From: Candidatus Levyibacteriota bacterium
GTDB lineage: Bacteria; Patescibacteriota; Microgenomatia; Levybacterales; UBA12049
DNA length: 64,000 nt
Direction: 5' to 3'
Assembly: GCA_029260905.1 (NCBI GenBank)
Contig: JAJDCH010000012.1
Coordinates: 2,249 to 66,248, forward strand
Shown here: positions 56,364 to 64,000 of the stretch, in pieces
How positions within the stretch are numbered: position 1 is the first letter of the stretch
Layout of the letters: each line of letters starts with the position of its first letter
Notes under the pieces: model-generated
The model's database searches: none
The model's input: only the letters and a program-made list of their open reading frames with translations
What the model was told of the DNA's origin: nothing
Translations under genes and position numbers: made by a program

Positions 56364-57488
56364 TTATCCGGTATTAACTCCTATTTTTGAAGCTCGAAAA
56401 ACAAAAGACATATGGAAAGCTCCTACAACAAGAAATAAATACGCCCAGATTGCTGATTTTTCTGCAAAATCTTCAAAACCAAAAACGAAGAAGAATAAAG
56501 TCAGGACAAGAAAAAAAACTGCCAAAAGAAATGAACTTTCTACTCTCAGTCTACTTATTGCTACCAAAATTGCCCAAATTAAAATAATGATAAAAAGTAA
56601 TAAATTGTTAATTTCTGTTACTATAAAAATCTCACCAATAATCACCATAAATAAAACCACTCCAAATACAGGAATGCTTTCTAATTTTCTTTTATCATCC
56701 AACAAGTGGATGTTATACAAAAAGCCAAAAACAACATTAAGCAATCTTATTACTGGGGGAAGAATATATTTGTGAACAAAATTAATAAAAAATATTTTTT
56801 TAACAAATTCAGGTGTAATTTTTTTATTCTTCTCATAAAGTAAATAATAGTAAGCCACAAAAGGTAAAAAGAAAACGAGTATTGAATAAATACTTTCTAG
56901 GTTTTTAACAGCATAAACTATTTTTTCTTTTAAATATGAAAGGGCAAATGAAGGATTTTTTAGATTACTTCGTTCTATTTGATATTCTGTAACTATGGGT
57001 CTATTTTGATTTACAGACAATGCGCTTTTTTCATTTGCCCCCTTGGTAGATACTTCAAATACATAATTTTTATTTTTTGAATTAGAAATCAGATTAAAAC
57101 CAAAAGGAAATAAATTCAGCTCCTTGAATTGTCCCCCGCTATAACTATTAACACTTTGCCATTCATTCTCGCCCTTTTCTCTTATTTTGAAAAAAACTTT
57201 GAAATTATCAGAAACATTTTCTTCATTATTATTCCTAATCCTAATCGCCACAACACCCAAATTCTCTTTCTTTGCTACAAATTCTCCTTTAATTATCTTG
57301 CCATCATATAGCTTTGCGCCTGATGTGTAAATTGCTGAATCTATTTCATGGACAACAGGCACCACGGTATAATGAACATCAAGCATTATGATTTTATAAA
57401 ATGATGCCAAAAAACCAACTAAAAATATAGTCAAAGGAATGATAAATAATAAAAATAATTTTGTTTTTAGAAATTTAATTTTTGTCAT
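56364..57488 (-). CDS. Hypothetical membrane protein (beta-rich ectodomain + C-terminal TMs)
   Basis: Hydropathy pattern; overlaps the upstream gene end, consistent with an operon. Confidence 0.7.
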   Translation of the reverse strand: MTKIKFLKTKLFLLFIIPLTIFLVGFLASFYKIIMLDVHYTVVPVVHEIDSAIYTSGAKLYDGKIIKGEFVAKKENLGVVAIRIRNNNEENVSDNFKVFFKIREKGENEWQSVNSYSGGQFKELNLFPFGFNLISNSKNKNYVFEVSTKGANEKSALSVNQNRPIVTEYQIERSNLKNPSFALSYLKEKIVYAVKNLESIYSILVFFLPFVAYYYLLYEKNKKITPEFVKKIFFINFVHKYILPPVIRLLNVVFGFLYNIHLLDDKRKLESIPVFGVVLFMVIIGEIFIVTEINNLLLFIIILIWAILVAISRLRVESSFLLAVFFLVLTLFFFVFGFEDFAEKSAIWAYLFLVVGAFHMSFVFRASKIGVNTG

Positions 57489-59742
57489 AAAATTTTCTAA
57501 CCTCTTGAATTAAAGTATAAATTGTTAACAAAAGCAAGGCCGTACTCGCAATAAGTATCGTAATCAAGTAATAAACTTGATTTTTATAGATAATTACTCC
57601 ATACAATTCATTGTTTTGGACTGTTAATTCAGGAATGTCTTTTGGATAGATAATCCATGTATTTCCAATATAATTTCCCTCTATGTGATAATTGGATGAA
57701 GCGCTAGAACTATTTAGATATAATGCAGTTTCTAAATCTATCATCGGACTATCGTATTGACAACTAGAATTATTACTTTTCTGAAAAGATACTGGCTTTG
57801 AAATACAATCAATTTTTTCATATTCTTCTCTGGATATCCAGACAATCTTCCAACTAGATTTAAATGCCTGAGTCAGATGAATAGCAAACGGCTTATCAGT
57901 TTCTAAATTTGCGAGCTTTATGTAATATCTTGTAGGATCATTTGGAGATACTTTATACGAAACTGAAACACCCTGCTGCAAAGAAGTATTCTTATATTTA
58001 CTATTATTAGGCATGAAAACAACCTCTCTTAATTCAGGATCCAATGAATTGTCAAAAATAGAATCAATTGTTTGTTTGAAAACTATTTTTTTAGGAGAAT
58101 AGATAAAGAAATCATAATCTTTTTTGTTTTTAAAATAATAATGGTTAAAATTAGGGTTTTGGGACACATCCAGTTTGGGATTCTTTTCCATTTCCCCTCT
58201 TAATGAATTTATTTTCTCAATCTCTTCTTCACCATAAAGAGGCCCAGCGTCAATTTCTGGAACAATATCTTTTGCAACAATTATATTTTTCAAATTATGA
58301 GTTACCTGCAAATTATCTATATTCGGATTCATAAATAAATTTTTTGTTATATAAAGTTCTTTGCCTGATATAACTCGAGGATTATCAAAAGAAATTGAGC
58401 GATATTTAGATACTCCATTGTCTAAACAAAGCGTTGAAATTTTTTCATCTTGCATATATCCAGCTCTCCAACATGCACCTGGATAATACTGAACTGCCTC
58501 TGGAATTTTATAAAAAGATTTAACAAAATAGCTTTGATATGAAAGAGGTATTTTATCAACCTGATATTTTTGAAGTCTAAAATCAGAAAAGTTTAATAAT
58601 GGAAGAACGGAAAGTATAACTATTAGTGATGAAAGAGAAAGAAATACTTTTTTATTTCTGGTTCCTACAGTGCCGAGTAAAAAAATAATTGGAATATTTG
58701 CCAAATACAATCCATAGATAGGCGCGTTTGTTAAAAATGGAAAGAGCTTTATCAGAGATGAATAAGCTTCCCGTCCAAAAATATACCCCATCTCAAAAAA
58801 AGTAAACCCCAAAATCATCAAAACAATATTCAAAAAAGTAAATAGTGATTTTTCTTTTAAAACATTTTTAAGCAAATAAATTAAAAAGGTAATAAAAATA
58901 CAAAAACCAAGTACTGTGTATGATCTATGTTCATAAAGAATAAGATTTGTTGACTGAAAGTAGTTGAACATGTCATAAAATCTTCCTTTTACAACAAAAT
59001 TATTAAATACCGAACTGAAATTAAATATACCTGGATTTTTTTCAAAAAAAGGAGTAATAAATGAATATAAAACAGGTAAAAAAATAATTATATTAAAAAT
59101 AACAAAACAAACTATTTTTTTAATTTTCAGAGTTTGCTTTCTTAAAGAAAAAATAATAAACAACAAATACGGTACGATTATAAAAAAATTCAAATGCAAG
59201 AAGCGTACATTTGCCAACCATAAAGACGATGCAGCAAGATTAACCAATAAATACTTCCCCCATCCTTTGTCTTCAAAATAAAATTTATAAAAGCTATATA
59301 TAAACAGTGGAACTGCTGCGTGAATAAGCCCAACACCTCTAAAGCTATACATTAACGGGTTAAACGAATATATTAAAGATAAAACAAATCTTAGCGTTTT
59401 ATCCTTGAAAAATATTGAAGTTAAAAAATAAAATGAGAAAAAAACAAGAATATATGTGGTTAATGAATTAAAGAGTTGAGATCCACCAGCTCCAAATATA
59501 TTGAAAATTGAAAAAGTAAAGAGATTAATTAAAAAATTATTGAAAGCAAAAATTCCCCGATCAAGACCTAAATAATAATTAGTGTTTGAAAAAAGATAAA
59601 ACTGAGAATTAAGCAAGGAGTAAGCTTCTGCAAAATTTTTTGGCCATGATGACTGATCCTGATAAAACCACAAACCCTCTTGAAACATAAAAAAGTTTGT
59701 AGCAATAAGGAAAAATAAAAAAACTATTATTTTAATCTTCAT
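57475..59742 (-). CDS. Large multi-TM GT-C-like protein (AftD/YfhO-like architecture)
   Basis: ~12 TM, YSFNP motif, C-terminal soluble domain then a TM. Confidence 0.55.
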   Translation of the reverse strand: MKIKIIVFLFFLIATNFFMFQEGLWFYQDQSSWPKNFAEAYSLLNSQFYLFSNTNYYLGLDRGIFAFNNFLINLFTFSIFNIFGAGGSQLFNSLTTYILVFFSFYFLTSIFFKDKTLRFVLSLIYSFNPLMYSFRGVGLIHAAVPLFIYSFYKFYFEDKGWGKYLLVNLAASSLWLANVRFLHLNFFIIVPYLLFIIFSLRKQTLKIKKIVCFVIFNIIIFLPVLYSFITPFFEKNPGIFNFSSVFNNFVVKGRFYDMFNYFQSTNLILYEHRSYTVLGFCIFITFLIYLLKNVLKEKSLFTFLNIVLMILGFTFFEMGYIFGREAYSSLIKLFPFLTNAPIYGLYLANIPIIFLLGTVGTRNKKVFLSLSSLIVILSVLPLLNFSDFRLQKYQVDKIPLSYQSYFVKSFYKIPEAVQYYPGACWRAGYMQDEKISTLCLDNGVSKYRSISFDNPRVISGKELYITKNLFMNPNIDNLQVTHNLKNIIVAKDIVPEIDAGPLYGEEEIEKINSLRGEMEKNPKLDVSQNPNFNHYYFKNKKDYDFFIYSPKKIVFKQTIDSIFDNSLDPELREVVFMPNNSKYKNTSLQQGVSVSYKVSPNDPTRYYIKLANLETDKPFAIHLTQAFKSSWKIVWISREEYEKIDCISKPVSFQKSNNSSCQYDSPMIDLETALYLNSSSASSNYHIEGNYIGNTWIIYPKDIPELTVQNNELYGVIIYKNQVYYLITILIASTALLLLTIYTLIQEVRKFYDKN

Positions 59743-62003
59743 TTTCTTAAATTATACTTTTCGAATCTCTGAATAACAAATATTGAAACAAAAAATATGA
59801 TTGCCACGATAAGCTGAACAAGTAAACTTACATAAAAAAGCATCTGTGTTGAATAATAAGCAATTATATTTATATCAATACTTCCGTCTTTGTTCTCGAT
59901 ATAATAATCTTTTGAAAAATTTTCCTTTATTGTTCCTGGGTCTATCTTCCATAAATTTGCATATCCATTTCCAATTGTATGTGAAGATTCTGAAATTTGA
60001 AAATCTTTCTTCATAAAACTTAATTCATATTCATACAGCTCATTTACATCTCCCGATATATAATTTCTTGAGCTTAAATTGAAATTTTTATTATTTGTCT
60101 TCTGAAGATACAGCTTCCAGTTTTTATCAAAATTAAGATTTAAATAAATATCAGAAACGTCTTTTATACCGTTTATATTTGCAGAAACCCTAACGGGATT
60201 CTGAAAATAAACATTTGATAGTTTGATGTTTTTACCCACCGATAAAACATCACTTCTACAATCGCTTACAATTGAATAAATTGTAAATCCGCTTTCCTTT
60301 TTACCGAAATATTTCTTATTTTTGACCATTTTGTTTTCATCCAGTAATTTTATTAATTCTTCAGATCCATCCTCAGTATTTGCGCCTTTAAAAACATCCT
60401 GTCTTATCATAAGATGTGATATCCCTTGTTCTTTTACAGAACTACAAAACGACTTATTTCCTCTAATCAAATCCATAGTTTCATTTACTTTTTCCTTTTG
60501 GAATGTTTCCAAGGATCCTGTTGAAGAGTCAGGAATAAGCATCTGGAAATTCCAAAAAGTCTTAAGAAAATCATCACCATGATAATAATTTAAAGATTTA
60601 TCATAATATGGTGAGTCACCGTAAAAACCTGGAGCGATAAAAACCTTATTTACATTATCTTTCTTAAGAACTTCTTTCGCATCAAAATAATATCTTGGAA
60701 TTGAAAAATATGTAAAATTCTGTATAAGTAAAAATGAAACAATTGAATAAATTGACAATCCACTCATTAATATTAACAATAATATTTTTTGTTTTTTAAT
60801 TTTTAAGTATTTAAAAATGAATGAAATACCTCCAGCCGACAGCATTAAAAAGAAAAAATAAAATACCCAATAAAATTTCTGAACAGGTCTTCTAAAAATC
60901 TGAAATCCTGGTACATTGTCATACAGCCATTGAAACACTATTTGAAAAGGTTCCTGTCCGCCCTTTGTTATAAAAATTCCAGCAATTATCATCAATACAT
61001 AAAGAGCTATTGCCTTCTTTTTTATTTTTAAAATCGCAATTATAAAAAATGTTATCAAAAAAAGAAAAAATATTATTGAGAAAGGATATGAATTTGGTTG
61101 TGCACCTAGAACTGCTTGATTGCTAAAAAATAATTTATAAATATCTGCATTTTTTACATTTAGCGAGATTGCCTGGCTAATAGCGTTTGTAGCTGAATTA
61201 AGAGAAATTGCTTTGCCAATATTGGAGATAAAAGGAATAAGCCACCACAGGTTGGATAATAAAAGTACAGCAATCACTCCTGAAAATCTTAATAATGATT
61301 TGAAAAAATTTAACTTTTCTATAAATACCAAAAAAATAAAGTAAAAACCAAGAGCTATTAAAAGCGAATAAATTATGGCAACATTACCAAATGAGGTTGC
61401 AGAAAAAAAGAAAATCCAAAATAAAATAATAAAAAAACTTAACTTAATCTTTTTCTCTATTAGTATTTTGTCTGTTAAAAAAATTATTGTCGGAAATAAT
61501 GAATATGGAATAAGGAGAATAAAATGTCCTGGCTCAATGAAGCTTGCAAAAAATGGAGAAAAGGCATATAAAATTGCTCCAAATCCAGCTATCAGATTAT
61601 CAAATCTAGTTGTAGTTTTTATCTTATTTGTCAAAAAATCTTTTATAAAAAAATACATTGAAATCTCAGCCAAAAAGAGCAACATAGATATAAAAAGAAT
61701 TGTCGCAGCTGGAAAAGAAATATTTATAAAATCAAGCAGTAAAAAAAATAAGGTTAGCGGAAAAAGCCCAGAAATATAAAAAGATATATCAATTCCACCA
61801 AAAACAATCGGGTCAAAAACAAACAATCTTTTTTGAAGATATATATCCCAGATAATAGGGGAAATAAAATCTCCTTCTCCTGCTATTAAAAATTTAGAAT
61901 TTCCTACTAGCCATGTGAGAGGTAAAAAAGAAAAAACTATAAATAAAATAATGAATGGATTATTCTTTACAATTTTATTTACTGAAGTAAAAATTTTTTG
62001 CAT
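59739..62003 (-). CDS. Large multi-TM GT-C-like protein (AftD/DUF3367-like), paralog of the neighbour
   Basis: GEGDF, LYAFSP, NLWWLIP, PGFQIFRRPVQKF; shares C-terminal F...W...H..GN...N.W.I.P..I with 57475-59742; start taken at ATG 62003. Confidence 0.6.
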   Translation of the reverse strand: MQKIFTSVNKIVKNNPFIILFIVFSFLPLTWLVGNSKFLIAGEGDFISPIIWDIYLQKRLFVFDPIVFGGIDISFYISGLFPLTLFFLLLDFINISFPAATILFISMLLFLAEISMYFFIKDFLTNKIKTTTRFDNLIAGFGAILYAFSPFFASFIEPGHFILLIPYSLFPTIIFLTDKILIEKKIKLSFFIILFWIFFFSATSFGNVAIIYSLLIALGFYFIFLVFIEKLNFFKSLLRFSGVIAVLLLSNLWWLIPFISNIGKAISLNSATNAISQAISLNVKNADIYKLFFSNQAVLGAQPNSYPFSIIFFLFLITFFIIAILKIKKKAIALYVLMIIAGIFITKGGQEPFQIVFQWLYDNVPGFQIFRRPVQKFYWVFYFFFLMLSAGGISFIFKYLKIKKQKILLLILMSGLSIYSIVSFLLIQNFTYFSIPRYYFDAKEVLKKDNVNKVFIAPGFYGDSPYYDKSLNYYHGDDFLKTFWNFQMLIPDSSTGSLETFQKEKVNETMDLIRGNKSFCSSVKEQGISHLMIRQDVFKGANTEDGSEELIKLLDENKMVKNKKYFGKKESGFTIYSIVSDCRSDVLSVGKNIKLSNVYFQNPVRVSANINGIKDVSDIYLNLNFDKNWKLYLQKTNNKNFNLSSRNYISGDVNELYEYELSFMKKDFQISESSHTIGNGYANLWKIDPGTIKENFSKDYYIENKDGSIDINIIAYYSTQMLFYVSLLVQLIVAIIFFVSIFVIQRFEKYNLRK

Positions 62004-62027
62004 GATTCTGACCAAAGAGAGGAGAGC

Positions 62028-62738
62028 TTAATAGTTCATCCTAACAGCAATCTGCTTAAGCATATCCATAAAAGATTGTACGAAATTGTCATTTCTTAGA
62101 GATTCAATATATTTTCCGTATTTTTTAAGATATTTCTCATCAACAATTACACAAAGCCCACAACTCCATTTGAACCGAATCAAATGTAAATTGATGCCTG
62201 TTTTCTCAACCCATTCATTTATCGCTTTTGTACCATGAAATCTTATATCTTGCAGATCAGGATCTGAAGGCGCGCAATATTCATCAAATAAAATTATTGT
62301 GCCTACTTGTATGTGAGGAGTGATCTTATTCAGAGCATCACGATATCCTTCATAAATATCCGCATCAATATGCGCAAATTTTATTTTCTTCACGCCATAT
62401 TTTGACAAAGGTTTTAATTTAGAAAAAACACCTTTAACTAGTTTTGCATTTACTTTTTCTTTGTTCATTCTTCTCTCAACTTGCTTAAGACTTGTTTCTG
62501 TAAAAGTGCCTATTCCCCAATCTTTTTTTAAATTCCCCCCAAGGGGTTGATTAGTGGGTGGCATTCCTCCAAAAGAATCAAATCCAAACAGCTTAATTTT
62601 TTTACCCAAATACCTTTCGCCGAGCTTTGAAGTTTGCACAAGACTACCACCTTGATATACGCCAAACTCCACAAAATCACCAGCAACTGGCGCTTTCCTC
62701 ATTAACTTAAATGCTCTATCAAAAAGAAACTGGATCAT
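62028..62738 (-). CDS. TylF/MycF/NovP-family O-methyltransferase
   Basis: GDFVEFGVYQGGS, FGFDSFGGMP, VKGVF, HIDADIY, FDEY. Confidence 0.88.
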   Translation of the reverse strand: MIQFLFDRAFKLMRKAPVAGDFVEFGVYQGGSLVQTSKLGERYLGKKIKLFGFDSFGGMPPTNQPLGGNLKKDWGIGTFTETSLKQVERRMNKEKVNAKLVKGVFSKLKPLSKYGVKKIKFAHIDADIYEGYRDALNKITPHIQVGTIILFDEYCAPSDPDLQDIRFHGTKAINEWVEKTGINLHLIRFKWSCGLCVIVDEKYLKKYGKYIESLRNDNFVQSFMDMLKQIAVRMNY

Positions 62739-62755
62739 AATTTAAACAAAACTTA

Positions 62756-63817
62756 TTATAACACTTTATTTTTTATTTTTTTACTCTTTTTATATATTTC
62801 TATTATCTGCTCAGCTCTATTATGATATGTATGATATTTCAAAACCCTTTCCATGCCCGCCTTTGCTATTTTTTTTCTTTCTACTGGATGTCTAAGATAA
62901 TAATCTATTTTATCATGCCAGTCTTTTTCATTCTTCGCAATTACCAGTTCTTTTTCAGAAAAATACTTTCGAATAAGTGGAACATTATCAACCAACTCAA
63001 ATCCTCCACATGCAAGAATCTTATATGTTCTCTCATTGAATTCACAATTGCACTTCTGGACCTGGGCTTCATGAACGTTTAAACAAATCTTTGCTGATGA
63101 ATAAACTTTTTTCTCGTCTTGAAAAGAAAGTGAAAACTTGCGTACTTTTTTTAACGGATTTATATTAAAGTACTGTCCTGCTTTTTGTGCATATCCAAGC
63201 ATTTTATTTACAAACGTCCAGTCACTGCCATATATCTTTACATCATATTTATTTTTCAATGGTAATAAATTTTTTTTAAAAAATGCCCGCTTTGCTGGTA
63301 AAAAACTACCCACATAAGAAATGTCGCATTCAAATTTTTTATTGTATTTAGGATAATAAATTGTCTTATCAGCCGCCATGTGTATAGTTTCAAATTTATA
63401 TCCTGTTTCTTCTGTAAATCCCTTCATCATCGGCTCTTCCTGTTCAAACCAATGCCAAAAAACATCTCCAGCAAGACCATCTTTTATAGCCCTTACCTCT
63501 TTTTTATTCTTACTAAGATCTCCAGAACCAGGAAGATCAGAAAGATGATTCCACGAACGGAGTTGACAAAAAACAATGAGTCCTTTCTTTCTATATTTTT
63601 TAAGTATATTAAGATCTATGAATTTCAGATGGTAAAAATTAAGACTGTAGAAGAAAATATCAGGCTGAAAACTATCAAGAAGCTTTTCCAAATTATCATT
63701 GGAAGTAAAAGGCCTAAAATCATGCCCCTTATCTTTGAATGCATTTCTTAACCCTTCATATATAAATCTCGCCGCATAAACAGACTCGAGACTTGGAATT
63801 GTAAACAAGATTCTCAT
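62756..63817 (-). CDS. CgeB-like GT-B glycosyltransferase
   Basis: CDISYVGS, YGSDW, YSSAKICLNVH, NERTYKILACGGF, HTYHNRA. Confidence 0.85.
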   Translation of the reverse strand: MRILFTIPSLESVYAARFIYEGLRNAFKDKGHDFRPFTSNDNLEKLLDSFQPDIFFYSLNFYHLKFIDLNILKKYRKKGLIVFCQLRSWNHLSDLPGSGDLSKNKKEVRAIKDGLAGDVFWHWFEQEEPMMKGFTEETGYKFETIHMAADKTIYYPKYNKKFECDISYVGSFLPAKRAFFKKNLLPLKNKYDVKIYGSDWTFVNKMLGYAQKAGQYFNINPLKKVRKFSLSFQDEKKVYSSAKICLNVHEAQVQKCNCEFNERTYKILACGGFELVDNVPLIRKYFSEKELVIAKNEKDWHDKIDYYLRHPVERKKIAKAGMERVLKYHTYHNRAEQIIEIYKKSKKIKNKVL

Positions 63818-64000
63818 TATTTTTTTTCTCCCGACACATAATACATTTGTGTTGCAAATGATTTTTTTGAAATGTTGTAATATAAATCACGAAGAAACTT
63901 GTTTCTAAGCTTTGATTTTGATGGATAAAAAGCGAATGATCCGACTGAAATATTTATAAATCCATTTTTAACTTGAAGCTTCTTTAGTTTATTTTTAGTA
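63817..64000 (-). CDS. C-terminal fragment of an upstream gene (possibly a methyltransferase)
   Basis: Hand-translated open frame TKNKLKKLQVKNGFINISVGSFAFYP...YYVSGEKK*; its TAA overlaps the next ATG. Confidence 0.6.
   Translation of the reverse strand, partial: TKNKLKKLQVKNGFINISVGSFAFYPSKSKLRNKFLRDLYYNISKKSFATQMYYVSGEKK

Noticed and set aside
1-64000. tRNA or rRNA genes, prophage, alternative genetic code (TGA=Gly)
   Set aside because: No cloverleaf, rRNA or phage hallmark genes were seen; TGA ends conserved genes (ftsZ, mraZ, murC) at expected positions.

Overview
AT-rich bacterial chromosomal segment read with the standard genetic code (TGA = stop). Gene content and style point to a Patescibacteria/CPR genome, probably Microgenomates-like (inference: alpha2-type GlyRS, DUF4012 protein, reduced dcw cluster, many GT-C and GT4 genes). 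Order: partial ileS; orphan histidine kinase; a cobalamin-riboswitch/attenuator-controlled four-gene B12 capture operon (DUF4430 protein, alpha/alpha-barrel protein, DUF6580 S-component-like protein, BtuF-like protein); a SerB-SerA fusion with an FAD-linked 2-hydroxyacid oxidase; C39 peptidase; dcw cluster (mraZ to ftsZ); glyQS, recO, DUF4012; a 1781-bp IS1595-family element with an 8-bp TSD and passenger genes; a ~28-kb surface-glycosylation locus containing a Kelch-M23 peptidase. Three things stand out. (1) The B12 operon resembles a split transcobalamin/intrinsic-factor-like receptor plus a stand-alone S-component. (2) About 20 short 7-bp-period tandem arrays of many different sequences sit inside housekeeping and GT genes and at gene junctions; two of them frameshift genes in a way fixed by changing the unit count, and one contains a nested 21-bp GC palindrome. 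(3) At least 14 genes have a -10 box exactly 6-7 nt before the ATG (leaderless-type starts). All domain calls are from motif recognition by eye; no searches were run.
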